DNA of 64,000 nucleotides from Perna viridis (GCA_037379345.1 CM074512.1:11470001-11534000), one strand, 5' to 3'; shown: positions 1 to 15,000, counted from the stretch's first letter. Program-made: numbers and translations. Notes: a model not told the origin generated them from the letters alone.

Positions 1-71
1 TCCTATAACTTAATGATATCTTCACAGGAAAGTTTTTGGAATTATGTTTTGAATTTTATCAATATTTTCAG

Positions 72-3000
72 AAGGAAGAGACAGAAGAAGAAATAGAAGG
101 TGACCCTGAGAGTAAAAGTCCAAAACCTCCTCCTCCTTTTGTTGAACTAGTAGATAACAGAGGGTAAGTCAGTCAACAGTCTAAATCCATTGTCTGCACT
201 TGAACCCTGTCTCACTACCAAGATAAAACTGAAATCCTCTTTACTCTCAAACCAAATTCTCTTGCCAAGATAATACTGTAGTTTTAATTATCTCCTACCA
301 AGATAATACCCTAGTTCTCAATATCCCCAACGAAGATAATATCCCAGACCTCAGTATCCACAAACCCATCCCCCTACCAAGATAATATCCCACACCTCAA
401 TATCCACAAACCCAACCCCTTACCAAGATAATACCCTAGACCTTGATATCCACAAACCCTATCCTCCTACCAAGATAATACCCCAGTCCTCAATATCCCC
501 AAACATAATCCCCTGACCAAGATAATACCTCAATCCTCCAAATCCTCAAACCAGATATCCCTACTTAAGTATATCCCAAACCAGATCCTCATACCCTCCA
601 AATCCTTAAACCAGATTTCAGAATTAAGATATGATACCAATCCTTCATATCTAGCTAAATACTCCATATTTCTGTACAATATTCCAAACTAAGATAAAAC
701 CACACTGTATGTAGTACATACCCTTTTCAGCTGGACAAATTGTTCTGTAAGCTGTTGTCATCATCATTTACAACATGTTAAATAATGTTTACCTAAAAAT
801 TAATAAGTGTAAATTGTTGTTTTGTCATCTTTCTATATTTTTTTTATCTCCTTGCAGCATAATGAAGGCATTTAAGAAGCACCTGCAAGAGTCTGATGAT
901 AAAGAGAGATTCTTCATGATCCAGCTATTTCATGATGTAGAAAAATATCTTAGTTATGGCAACAGTAAAAGTGTTGCAAAGAAAAAAGATGCCCAAGCTA
1001 CATTGATATACAAGTAAGACTTTAGTTCAGTGTATTCTTATTAACACCTATCATTGTTATTAACTGAATTATCTGGTGACAATCATGCAAAATAGTTATG
1101 GATATTACCAATTATCTGGCGACAGTCATAGCAAAATAGTTATGGATATTACCAATTATCTTGTGACAATCATAGCAAAATAGTTATGGATATTACCAAT
1201 TATCTTGCGACAATCATAGCAAATTAGTTATGGATATTACCAATTATCTGGCAACAATCATAGCAAATTAGTTATGAATATTACCAATTACCTAATGTTT
1301 TATAAGACATGTCCATCTGAAAGTTAGTCCTCTACTTGTCTTGGCAATTTTTATTTTTATTTTGGAAGCAGATATAATGTGTCCATCACCACCATGATGA
1401 CAGATTATCCTCTTTCAGTGTATTGTTTTCTGTGTATTTGCTTTCACTGCTTGTTTTTCTTTTTTTGTTCTCATCCTTTATACACCCCTTACAAACAAAG
1501 AGTAAATAGGAATCTGTCTGTCTGTCTGTATATCTATTCTATTATTTTAAATAACATTTTATAAGAAAACTTGGTTTTCCATGTAGATGTGCATAAAGGG
1601 AGATAATTATTGGGAGATGCCTGCAAAGAGAAACAGTTCAACTTTGGTCTGTGAAGTAGGGTATATTTAGTGTGAGCTTCCTCATAGTATTTCTATGTTC
1701 TCTTGTATTTTAACATAATTGCTGTTGTGGTTTTCATTATATTTAAATTCATAAAAAAAAGTAAAAATGATAATCACTTGAAGTTTCTGTTTTAGAACAT
1801 ATGCAGATTCTCATGCAAAGAAGAAGATCAATTTTAACGAGAAAATCCAAGGAAAATTTACTGAGCGACCTAAAACTCCAGTACTTAAGGAAATGGAACA
1901 TTATATACTACCTAAGATTGATGAAGTCTTCAAACCTTATATTGTAGTAAGTATGATCTCATCTTAACTGGTTAGCTAATGTGTGTACATACAATTTGAA
2001 TTGAAGACAACTTAACACCTATTTTAACATTATTTGAATTATACAGCTGATGAAAAATAGATAAGTCAAACTGATAGCTATAGACAATACAGGACTTGAA
2101 TTTAAGATTTCACATTCATATGTTCTATTCTGTTGGGTTTTTTGCTGATTGTTATGTGAAACCAATTATGTACAAGCATTACATTATGATGACAGCCACA
2201 GATGTTTTGACAGCTATTACAATGTACTAGTATTTGGTAATGTTCTTAAAACTTAAAAAAAAATCAAAGCAATTTTTAGACACAAATTTGACAGGAATGA
2301 GGTGCAGATAAAACATTGCATCTGCTAAATAGCTGATAACACTATTGAAATAGTTTTAAAATGGATAATACATTGATTTTATTTCAGGAGAAAGCAGCAG
2401 AAAATGGAATGGAGACAAGAGATTTTGTAAACCTGTCTCAAGCAGAACTCTCACTGAGATTAGATGCTACATCTTTAGCTGTACCAAACTGGAAAAAAGG
2501 AAGGAAAGGAAAGGTAAGAAATTGTATTTGGCTGGTTTGGTTTGGTACAATTAGTACATAATGTTTTTGTTGCAGTGCCAAATTTATCATTTTGCTTCTT
2601 GTATCACTAGAAAGGAACAATAGATATAAAATATATTCAATTATTTTGTGTCTTTAAAAATTGATATATTTACATTTTAGAACAGGTTGTACATGGAGAC
2701 AACTTGTACCTTTATATTAGAAAAACATAAATGCTTGTAATGTTAGTTTTTTGTTTTAAGTTAGTTGTTGCGAAAGGATGAGTTGTATCATGGCTTTACT
2801 AATCATAGATTGTTTTTGAAATGATGCTTTGGAGCTGTTGTCCTGTGCAGTGTTTTTTTCAGCTAAGATTACTTTTACATATGGTTAATGCAATCTGTAG
2901 CATTACTTGGGCTCTTATAATCACCAATTTCTATAAAATATTGTTTCTTTACCCATTAAAACCAAAATATTTTGATGTTTTCTGAATTTTATTGTATTTT

Positions 3001-6000
3001 CAAAGTATGTAAACTTCTCAATAATACTACAAACTCTTTAATTAAGTGCTAGAATGATTTAATTGAAAGGAAATGGACATTAGTATTTGTGAATGCTTAT
3101 GTAGAATGTTATTGATGAATTTGGTACACTAACTGTCTATTCTCACTTTGTTAATCCTTAAAAGAAAGGCAAAAAACACCATATGTTTACCTCTATTACA
3201 TGACAACAGTCTAAATCCATTGTCTGCATGACAATTCTATAGGACGAATAATGGAAAGTTTCTATTGCATTATCTATACTTGTTCTGATTATTTGGAACA
3301 TGAAGGACTGAATGTTACTAATTAACATTTTTACATAGGTATGACAGTATTAGGTTTTTAATCTGGAATAGGTATTAACTACATTTATATAAATTTTATT
3401 GATTTATCTGAAGAATTTTAGTCTACTTAAAAGTTTCTATGTTTGTTGCTTACCATAGATTTTAAATAAGATAAAATGACAAATAGGACAAAAAAGAAAC
3501 AGGTGAAAAGAGCACAATGAAAAGAGCATGATTTGAATTCTTCAAGGAACATCATTATGTATGTTTTGGTGCTAGGCAGAAGATGAAGAGGGTAGCTCAA
3601 AACAGAAGTCCCCAGAAACCAAGCATTCCCCATCTCCAGTAGAAAGACCAAGTGATGGTAAAGTCCCCAAAAATTGGAAATTTGTGCAGAGGATGAAGTT
3701 TCCCCAGGAAAAACCATGTATGACAGTTGATGTATACTCACATGATGAACAACAAAAAATGGGTGGTAGGAAAGTCAGATTTGCTAAAGAGACCCAAGTA
3801 AAAAAGGATGAAGATTCTGAGGATGATGTATGGGCTGAGGTAAAACTTAATGTTGGTGGTGTCATGAACAAGGTGGAAGAGGTAAAGGAATATTGTGTTA
3901 GCAAATGATGAAATAACTCAATGTGTGCTGTTAACAAAACAAACTTCATCATTATTGTGCTAACCAGGCTGTTCAAAATAGGCAACCAAAAGCTGTAACA
4001 GAATGGCGTCTGCTGCTAACATGGGATCTGCTGCTGTCAGAATACTGATGTCAACAGAATGATGAAGTTGGAATGATGTGTGTTGCCAAAACAATATTCA
4101 ATTAACATCTGCTGCTAAAATTACAGTATGATTCCTAAGTTTAGGAAGTTTGACAATAATAACTAGGAAGAAGAACAGTATCTCTATTAATACAACAGTA
4201 TACTGGATAAAAACATCCCTAACACAGGATTAACAAACATTATAACAAAATTATGAATGAGAAAAGCATCTAACATTTGAATAAATGGTTGGCATTTTGT
4301 TTCATGGCTTAACTGAATACTGCAATTTTAATTCTTTAGAATACTAGGACTGTGTGGTGTCTGATGACTAAAAATAAATGTTGTCATAATATGTCTATTG
4401 AAGTCATAATCAGAGTAAATAATTGATTGTCTCATGTCTTACCTGTTGTAGCACAAGAACGATATTTTTATGAGACTTTGTACATCCTGAAAACATTACA
4501 GATTTACATCAAGACTACCATGATTCATGTAAAGTTTAAAAGTCATTTTTTTGTAGGAGCGATGTCTCTTGGAAACTGATTCCTCTCATGTCTGCATTTT
4601 TTTTTTTGATTTCATTGAACTTATATCAAATTTGACCACTGTCAGTAGCTAGGGGACTAGTTTAAGTGCTTGTCAATATTATTGTGGTCATTCTTGAGAC
4701 ATGTAATTTTCCATTTCAATGGTCTGTATCTCTTCCCATTTATTTGTTTTATTTTAAAGTCAGGGTATGCATACTAGGTGTCTTGGTCAGAATATAAGAC
4801 TAATTTTAATATGAAAGCACAATTGTATGTATTATTTAATCATTACCTGTAACAGATATTTTAGAATAACAAATAATTTATTGTCCCCCGCGATGCTTCG
4901 CGAGTTGACATGGAATTGCCAGCATCTGGACGTCCGTCCATCTGTCCTTCCGCGTTTTCCTCACTTTTTTTGTTTGTTATGCTTTTACCAAATAAGTTTG
5001 TTTTTGGTGTGTAGCCTTATCATGAAGAGTTACAGATTAAGTTCGACTTTGGTTATGGTTGAATGAATTTAGAAAATTTCAGTGAATTTACAGTTTTCCA
5101 CTTTTTTTTTGTAATGCTTTCACCAATTGGTTTTATCTTTTGTATGTAGTCTTACTATGAGAAGTTAGAGATTAAGTTCGACTCTGGTTACGGTTGAATG
5201 ATTTTTTCAGATACAGTGTATCTGTAGACATAAAGGGATATTGAACATTTTTTGTTACATGAAGATGGGATCACAAATCTTATGTACACCATCTGTTTAA
5301 CAGAATATATTATGAGGATCCTAAACTTGTGACCATAGCATATTTTCTATTGTAGCTCTAGTCAGTTCAGTATTAAATGATAAAATTTTGTAACTTTTAC
5401 GCAACTTTTATATTAAACTTGTCAATGCTTTCAAAGCAATAAGTTGTGTTGCTGGGTTTACTTCTATTCTTGTTTCTATGATTTATAGGACCTTTTTTAT
5501 TGCTTGTATAATTAAAACCTTTGCCTTCCTCAGTTTATAGTCTTAGATTAATTGCTCTACAGGATGATTCACCTGTTTTCCGAAGACCAGTGAAAGCTGA
5601 GCCAACAATAACAGTTAAACGAGTTTCAAGGAGGTCTAAGGTAGCTGAGCATGATGTGGACATGTTTTTGTTGGCTTTGCATGGCAGACCAAGTGAAAGT
5701 AGCTTAGCTTGCTTTTGTGCTGTATTTACCCTATGTTGTTCTAACCTATTGTATTGTCTTAACTGTATGTTTTTTTAGTTTTCAGAGATTTTAGGTCACC
5801 TGTTTTGTGCAGTTTTCTAAAGTTTCTTAAGAAGCATAGACATTATAAATAAAAGTGAATATTTTTGCAGATATCTAATTAAATCAATAATTTAAACATG
5901 TTTTTCATATGAACTTATCTATTCTTTTTTTATTTTGATGGCATTATATATCTCTCCATAATGAATTATATTAAGAGTTGCGATATAAAGCTTTTGACGA

Positions 6001-9000
6001 TATAGTTCTGTGTATGTAAGTTCCTGGAAGGTATAAGGTTGCATTATTACTGCTGTTGAAGGGTTTAGCACTGCATACACTGCTTTAGCATGTGTTAATC
6101 TTATAAATAAGATAAACAAATTTTTGGGGTTTGTCTTATTTAATAGATGTTAATATCATTTGAGAGATAACCATGACTTATTTTTTGGTAAAGTCAAGAA
6201 AAGTAATTTGTGGAGAAAGTACTGTGACTTTACCTTTAGAAACATTCAAAATCTATTTTTCTGTGAATATTTCCTTTAAAGCATACTTATTCCTGTAGAC
6301 AGATGTAGAAATAACACATATGCACAGTACTTGTTCCTAGTAGATCTCAGAGCTTACTAACAAAGGGGTATTACTTGTGAGGGAAATATAATGTTGTTTT
6401 ATCAGATTAGCCTAATATTCAAATAATATCACACTTTTATGTGACTGATTATTGATTCCTTATGACTATGATGAATGATGTGATGTACCTGGACTTTCTT
6501 AGATCAAATGTCATTGCTGTCCAGCAGATAAAGTCATGGCACTTCTTTTTACTTTCTTTATGAACTTTTTTTTTATTTTATGACCATATAATTAGAGGTA
6601 CTACAAAAAGGTACATGTATATTTATCATGGTATTTCTTTATTTTGCTTCCTATAACTGCTACAAATATAACTAGTTTTTAAGTGTTTTTTATTTATTAT
6701 ATTTTTATCATTTATATTCATAATTTATTTTGGGTCATTTTTTGTTAAGAGTAAGGTTTTTGTATGTTTTTTTTTGCAGACAGGACGAGCCCATCCTACA
6801 AAAGAAGACAAAGATGAGTTTAACAAAGGGTTGAAACAGGCTGCTGCAGGGAACATGACATTACAGATGTTGTACTTCTATAAATATCTCCTCAAGCATG
6901 GTGAAGATGATGGCGCTTCAAATAAGGATAAAGATTTCTTCTTCTACATAGAATGCCTCAAATTTAAGGTTTGAGTGTTTTAATGCCAATTAGAGTCATG
7001 ATGGGTTTGTTAGGGTGATATTAACTCATGTGGGTCCTGATGGTTTGGTTTAGGGTTGATTTTAACTCGTGTGGGTCCTGATGGTTTGGTTTAGGGTTGA
7101 TTTTAACTCGTGTGGGTCCTGATGGTTTGGTTTAGGGTTGATTTTAACTCATGTGGATCCTGATGGTTTGGTTTAGGGTTGATTTTAACTCGTGTGGGTC
7201 CTGATGGTTTGGTTTAGGGTTGATTTTAACTCGTGTGGGTCCTGATGGTTTGGTTTAGGGTTGATTTTAACTCGTGTGGGTCCTGATGGTTTGGTTTAGG
7301 GTTGATTTTAACTCGTGTGGGTCCTGATGGTTTGGTTTAGGGTTGATTTTAACTCGTGTGGGTCCTGATGGTTTGGTTTAGAGTTGATTTTAACTCATGT
7401 GGGTCCAGATGGATTTAATTAGAGACTATAGTAACTCCAATGAGTCATGGTGGGTTAGATAGAGGTAAAAGTAACTCATGTGACTCTTGTGAATAATTCA
7501 GGTAAGACATATTTGCTTTTGTTAGGGCTGATAGCAATTCCACTTTGTCATGATAGCCTTACTACATGTAAGTGATGAAAAGAACTCATGTGAGTCATGT
7601 TTGCTCATAGTAACTCAAGGTAGTCATGATGGCTTAAGTTTGGGATTATTTTATATGAGTCATTACAGCTCTCATTTGAATCATGATTTGATGGGATAAG
7701 AACTCCTGTTAGTCATAATGGCTTAAGTGTGGGATAATAGTAACCCAAGTGGGGGTAAATGACCGCTACCATTAAGAAATTGGGGACCTAGACTGGTTCC
7801 CGATCACAATATTCAGTATCTTACAAATACATGTATACAAAATAAGAGAGTGTATGGCTAGTAGCTAATACCTTGTACATAGTCTTGGGAACCAGGATAT
7901 TAAGGACCAAAAACATAATTTTTTTTTGTTTCTGGACAATGACTTGTGTATAAAAGCATGGATCTCTATGGAACTGTACGACAGCTTCCATATAACAGAA
8001 GAAAGGTTGGGATATTTTTTTTGGGGTTATGGTCTTAACTCCATAGGACCAAAAAGGGGTCAAAACCAAAGACTTTCTTTGAGTTTATAAGACTTTCTTA
8101 TTTCATTATCATTTCAATGGGATATAACTTTAGAGGTACTTACAAATATTTTGGCCCCATTTTATGTTGGTCCAATTAAGGAAAAACTATGATCGAATTC
8201 CTAAATTTTAGGTTTTGGGGTTCTTAAATATGCTGATTCTAACCATTGATTGGGACTTCTTATTATGGACCCTGTCCACTTAGAGGTCAAAAGAGGGTTC
8301 AGCTTTTTTACCTGCATTCAAAAAAACATGTAACTGATATGCAAGTGCCTGGTTAGTATCGGTGTTGTTTCAAAATTTATTTTTATTTTCGATAAAGAAC
8401 AAAGGAAAACTAAACTTTTGAAATTATTTGCCCAGTAGGGGGGATCTTCAAGGGAATTATTTGCACAGTAGGGGGATCTTCAATGGACAGTTTTTGTTAA
8501 AATGGGCTTTTAAGGTTTATAATTACGTTGCTTATGTCGTGTCAGAAAAAAATGTACTGTCAATATGATCAATGCTGCCTGGGTATTGTGATTAAAAGGA
8601 CTAATTTTTATATTATTCTTTTACACAAAAGGAATGTAGCCAACCATATGCAGATGAAGAATTATTGAGAAGGAAAGTGCAGTCAATATTGGATTGTTTC
8701 TTAGAATCAGCAATCACACCAACTTTACAGGTAAATACAGAAACTTTTTCGGGGTCACAATTTTCATATTTGCTCCATTTAAAAAATTGATTTACCATTA
8801 TATCCTTGGTTCTGTCAATGGATAACTATGATTTATCATTAAATGTCCTTGGTCCTTGATGTCATTGGATAACTAGGATTTGCCATTGAATGTCATTGGT
8901 CCTTAATGACAGTAGATGACTAGGATTTACCATTAAACATCCTTTGTCCTTAATGTTGGTGTATAAGTAGGATTTACCATTAAATATCCTTGGTTCCTTA

Positions 9001-12000
9001 ATGTCAGTGGATGACTAGGATTTACCATTAAACATCTTGTGTCTTTAATGTTAGTGGATAACTAGGAATTACCAATTTAACATCTTTGGTCCTTAATGTC
9101 AGTGGATAACTAGGATTTACCATTAAACATCATTGGTCCTTAAGGTCAGTGGATAACTAGGATTTACCATTAAACATCTTTGGTCCTTAAGGTCAGTGTA
9201 TAACTAGGATTTACCATTAAACATCTTTGGTCCTTAAGGTCAGTGGATAACTAGGATTTACCATTAAACATCTTTGGTCCTTAATGTCAGTGGATAACTA
9301 GGATATACCATTAAACATCATTGGTCCTTAAGGTCAGTGGATAACTAGGATTTACCATTAAACATCTTTGGTCCTTAATGTCAGTGGATAACTAGGATTT
9401 ACCATTAAACATCTTTGGTCCTTAAGGTCAGTGGATAACTAGGATTTACCATTAAACATCTTTGGTCCTTAAGGTCAGTGTATAACTAGGATTTACCATT
9501 AAACATACTTGGTCCTTAAGGTTAGTTGATGACTAGGACTAACCTTTAAAAATCTTTGGTCCTTGATGTCAGTAGATGAGTAGGATTTACCATTTAACTT
9601 TCTTGGTCTGAAATATCAGTGGGTGACTAAGATTAACCTTTAAACATCTTTGGTACTTGATGTCAGTGGATTTATTTTCAGATTGACATTTCCTCAGCCT
9701 GTCATGATAAGACCACTAAAGCAGTACAGAAATATCTGGCAGGCAAGGAGGTGGTAGCCAATATATTTGATGAGGCAATGTTGCAGGTCTACCCTGATTT
9801 GTTAGGTTATTGGGCTGGGTTCAGGAAAACCTTCCAACCTCCAGAGGATCCCAACAAACGGCCAAGTAAGTACAGATATACTTGTAGCAAATAAAGAGTT
9901 TTTTGCCTATATTTTAAGAATTTAGTTTTATTTACGAAAATGTGAGTAAAACTTATCCAATCTTTTTGATATTTTGATATTTGTTTCTAGGAACATATTG
10001 GAGGGCCCTATAGTATGGCGGTTTTTACCCCACCCCTTTAGAAAATAAGGAGCTAAAGGGGAAAGATAGGTGTTGTAATTAAAATTGATAGAAAAAGGTA
10101 ATTGTCATCCAATTTTTATGGCTCTGATATCAATCTTTTTCTTTTGAAATTCTATTCTGAAATTTATTTACAGGGTAGGCTTATCTTTAACTGTTTTGAG
10201 TTACAGGGGTACAAAAATCTTGTCATGCCAAAAAAAATTCAACTTTTTTATTTTGAAATTTTTTTTTCTTTATTGGTATACTTAAGAAAATCCCTGCCTG
10301 CATTTTTCAATCTGTTCTAGATATCGCTTACCATTTTTGTGCTCCGAGTTCTTCTGATAATCATATGAATTGAATTTCATGCTAAAGTCACATTTATTTT
10401 ATGTTTATTTAACCTAAAGTTTCATGTGAACAATATTTGCCTGTGAAAAATTATTTAATGTGATCCTGAATTTTAGAGACAGATAGAACTTAGATTACTC
10501 TTGATTTTATTGCAGTCACAAAATACCAGAAACTTTTAAAGTCTCGTTTAGAAAAGATTGATGGCTTCCAGATAGGGTCCCAGATTTTTAATCTTCCACC
10601 AATTCCAGAAGGTGCTATACATGCTTACAGTTTTTCACTGGCTGAAGGAGTTAAATGGAGGGTAAGTATTGTACAATGTACATCTTCTTACGTGAAACTT
10701 AATTTTTGATGAACTGTCTGGTCTTTATTTGCCTTATTACATTGAGCTGATTTATACGTGTCTTGTGAAATAGGGGGATAACTGCCTCGATCTCATCCTA
10801 ATGGATTTTTTTTTTATATCTTTTTTTAAATCTTTCACACTCTATAAAAATGATTTATTGCAACTGTAAAAATTCAGTTTTCCTTATTATGTGCACTTTT
10901 TTTCCCTGATTACTTCTTTTTAAAGTGATTCTATTTATAGTTACTGTTTATACAAAAATGTATGTACATGTAGTATTCAATTATTTTTAACTGTTTGCAG
11001 ATAAGAGGGGTCTGTTTGAAGTAAAAAAACTTTTGTTTAAAAAGTCAAGGAACATAAGTACTGTTATACTCAAACTTTATGACATCTAGTGAAATCCTTG
11101 GGGGTCACCTGTTTCCAAGGCTATGATTTTCAATGTGAACCAAGGACAGTTTATGTGACTTGTCAACTGATATGACTGTCAATGATACATAGCTTCTATG
11201 CTTATCATATCAGTTATGTTATTTTATAGCCTGGCTCAAGCCAAACTGATTCAGAGCTAATGTCACATGCTAAAGTTGGCAACTTAGGAAGTATTCACAG
11301 TCTACAGAGTGCTTTCACTCAACAAACTGCCAATGGACGTAGCATACATTCTAGTCAAAATGACTTAAACAGTGTAAACAGTGAAAGTGTTCAAAGTGAC
11401 TAGGTATACAAAATGCTAGATTTCCTCAGTAGCAAAAATGAAATATAGATATGAACAAAATTGCTTTTTCCTTTCTTTTCTTGTCAAGCTAGTAAATGAA
11501 TATCCTTGCTTATGTTTTTGTTAGGTCAGAATTTGCTACATGTACATGGTTCCTAGTCTATAGTAGTGTGTAATACACAGTAAGCTGGCTAAATAGTGTT
11601 TGATACATTTGAAAATTGCTACACAGTAAGCTGGCTAGTTGTTTCACACTAAGTCCAAGGCTCATTATAATACTTATTAATGAATAAGATTATATTTATA
11701 CAATGTTGTGATTTGACAGAAAGAAGCTGTATTTATGGGAGCAATGGTATGTCATCTGACTAATCTAACTTTCTGTTGATAACTCTTTAAATCTGAAAAT
11801 GGATCAGTCCTCTTCTTTAGTGTCAGTAGAACTTGATGAAATAATCACAAAATTTTATTGATTTTTTGTGTAAATAGAAAACTTCAGATTTTTGATGCAT
11901 TGAGAATGATATTAATGATATTTAGAACTTGTCATCAGAAATTAAAGAAAAACATAATGAAATTTATGAAGACATTACCTATGGAACTTTGTTATTTAGT

Positions 12001-15000
12001 TGTAATGTTTGTATTGGTGAGTGCTAAGAGAATTGATGCTTTGCATGTGAGACATATATATTGCTCCAGTTCTGATAAACATTATTGTAACAGTAGTAAA
12101 CATCCTGGCTAACCAACTAGTAACATATCTTAGAAGTATAATCTTCTATGTTACAAAGACTTGTCAGCTATAAATATCATGATACATAGACTAAACATAG
12201 TAAAACAATTGTTAGCTTATGATCTCTCTCCCACTATTTTAGTGCAGGGTCAGCCATGGAGTTTAAGTAGATGAATAAATCAATGTTTTAATATTGCATG
12301 TCATAGGACATGAATCAGTTTTACAATGAGTGGTCTAAAGTTATGTCAGAAATATTGAATGTTAGGGTTTACTGTTGAAGCTAGTCCATAGAACAAAGAA
12401 GGTCTAAATATCAACTAAATATAGAATTGTCTGTTTTCTGTGAAACAGGATGATGGGGTAAGTGCTAACTTGTTGTTTATTGGTTTTATGTAATAGTGTT
12501 TTGAACAAATTACTGGAGACTGATGCACAAAGGATCATTAACTTCTACACTCATGTTTACTGCAAAAAAAATGAAATATACCTTTATAAAGGCTTTATAC
12601 TTAAATATGCATGCAAATTTGTGTACCTTGTTCTGTAACAGCCTGTTTCCATTGACAATTGCTGATATCAGACATGACTGTATGTTTGTTCTGTAACACC
12701 CCTTTTCCACTGACCACTTGCTGACATCATACATGACTGTATGTTTGTGCTGTAACAACCTGTTTCCATTGATGACTTGCTGACATCATACATGACTATG
12801 TTTGTGCTGTAACAACCTGTTTCCACTGACCACTTGCTGACATCATACATGACTGTATGTTTGTGCTGTAACAACCTGTTTCCACTGACCACTTGCTGAC
12901 ATCATACATGACTGTATGTTTGTGCTGTAACAACCTGTTTCCACTGACCACTTGCTGACATCATACATGACTGTATGTTTGTGCTGTAACTACCTGTTTC
13001 CACTGACGACTTGCTGACATCAGACATGACTGTATGTTTGTGCTGTAACAACCTGTTTCCATTAACAACTTGCTGACATCATACATGACTGTATGTTTGT
13101 GCTGTAACAACCTGTTTCCATTGATGACTTGCTGACATCATACATGACTGTATGTTTGTGCTGTAACAACCTGTTTCCACTGACCACTTGCTGACATCAA
13201 ACATTACTGTATGTTTGTGCTGTAACAACCTGTTTCCACTGATGACTTGCTGACATCATACATGACTGTATGTTTGTGCTGTAACAACCTGTTTCCATTG
13301 ACAACTTGCTGACATCAGACATGACTGTATGTTTGTGCTGTAACAACCTGTTTCCACTGATGACTTGCTTCCATAAGATTTTCCTGCATGTTTGTTCCAT
13401 GATGTGGATATATCTTGTATACTATAATGTATGCTATCTGTTTTATGTCATTTTTCTGTGTAACACTATGTTAAAGACATGTGATATTGTTGGGAAGATA
13501 TTATCTCTCTCCTTACCAGAGTTGAGTACAAATATATGATATTTTAGGTTCTATTATAATATTTGACACATTTTAAAAAAAGGGATCAAAACAAAATTAT
13601 CATAGTAATAAATTCTTGCTTGACTTTGAAGGTAGGTTGAGTTTCAAGCAATTACCGAAATATTCTTTTTTATATGACAATACTATATTATAATAGTTAT
13701 TTCAAATTGAACTCCTACAGGTGTGTAACATGAACAAACTACTATGATATAGTGTTAATTGCATTTTTGTACAGGATCCTTTGTTAGATAATCCTTCCAA
13801 AGTGAAAGGTATAAGATCAGCTGATGTTATCTATTGTAGAGTTTTTCATCGTAGAATTTACTAAAACATACAAACTTTATACTGATTTCCTCAAGGATAT
13901 ACATCAAATATGTCACTCATTCCAAGAATCTGTGTCATTTTGTGGAAGAGTATTAAATCCTTCCACTTTAAGCAATTTTTTTTTCTTTTTTTCTTTTTTT
14001 CTTTTTTAATTTTTGGCATGTAATTATACTTTCATGTGTTACAGATCATTTTATTCTGCTTTGTGAATTTTGACAAAATAAGGGTCCTTGGACTATGATC
14101 ATTATGTAAAAATAAGACTTTTTTCAACTCTTGCATATGCAAATGATGAGTTTAATGAAATTATAGCAGATGCTGAATCTAGATGTCAGTGATTTTTTTT
14201 TAAACTTTCCTTTTTAGTTATTTTTTGCAGTAGTAGAGGTGCTAAGAATAATGCTTTGCATCTGCTAAGTAAATCTGCTTATATGCTTAAGCTTTCATCT
14301 TTCAAAGTTTCAAACAATATACAGTTTAATTTTCTTTTGAAATGACTAAGCAATAAATTGTCAAGTCTCACATAATCTCAAAAAATGCTATATGAAACAT
14401 CCATTTACCCAGACCTAACATAGGTTTGTAGGCCAGTGCTTTAATAAATGGGCCATCAGATTCCTTCAGTTTGAGTTATTGCCCTTTTTATGTGAACAGA
14501 TTAAGGAGTTAGGTTTGAATTTTCAGAGCTATTGCCCTTTTTATGTGAACAGACTTAGGAGTTAGGTTTAAGTGTTCAGAGCTATTGCCCTTTGTATGTG
14601 AACAGACTTACGAGTTAGGTTGAAATCTTCAGATTTATTGCCCTTGTTATGTGAACAGACTGGGGAGTTAGTTTACATATTCAGTTAGTGCCCTTGTTAT
14701 GTGAACAGACTTGGGAGTTAGATATTGTTTAATTCTTCAGTTATTGCCTTGTTTTGTTAACAGACTGGGGGTTAGATTTCTAGTGACTATTTTTTAATGG
14801 AGTAAATCCGAGTAAAAAAATATTTTCAAAACTTTCTCTGAAAATGCCTCTTGGTGGGGTAGTTTTTATTGCTCAAGCAGTGTAATCTTATATTGATGGT
14901 TATGAGTATTACAAAATAGTTCATGCCTGATTATTCTTTTAACATCTATCCAATCAGGAGAAGTATAGAGTAAGTACAAACTTTGTCCCGTCATTTTGTT

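Noticed and set aside
1587-1660. Possible extra RGS22 exon (MCIKGDNYWEMPAKR..)
   Set aside because: Phase-incompatible with the phase-2 donor at 1013 (gives TAA after two codons), while 1013 to 1796 joins cleanly
3427-3985. Minus-strand ORFs of 104 and 137 aa
   Set aside because: Antisense shadows of the purine-rich + strand exon 3576-3839
7050-7400. Interstitial telomere
   Set aside because: Only one TTAGGG per 41-bp unit, not a tandem telomeric tract
12630-13370. Regular repeats resembling a CRISPR array (also 8790-9670, 52575-54412)
   Set aside because: Head-to-tail units with no unique spacers, no cas genes, and a spliceosomal eukaryotic context; these are minisatellites
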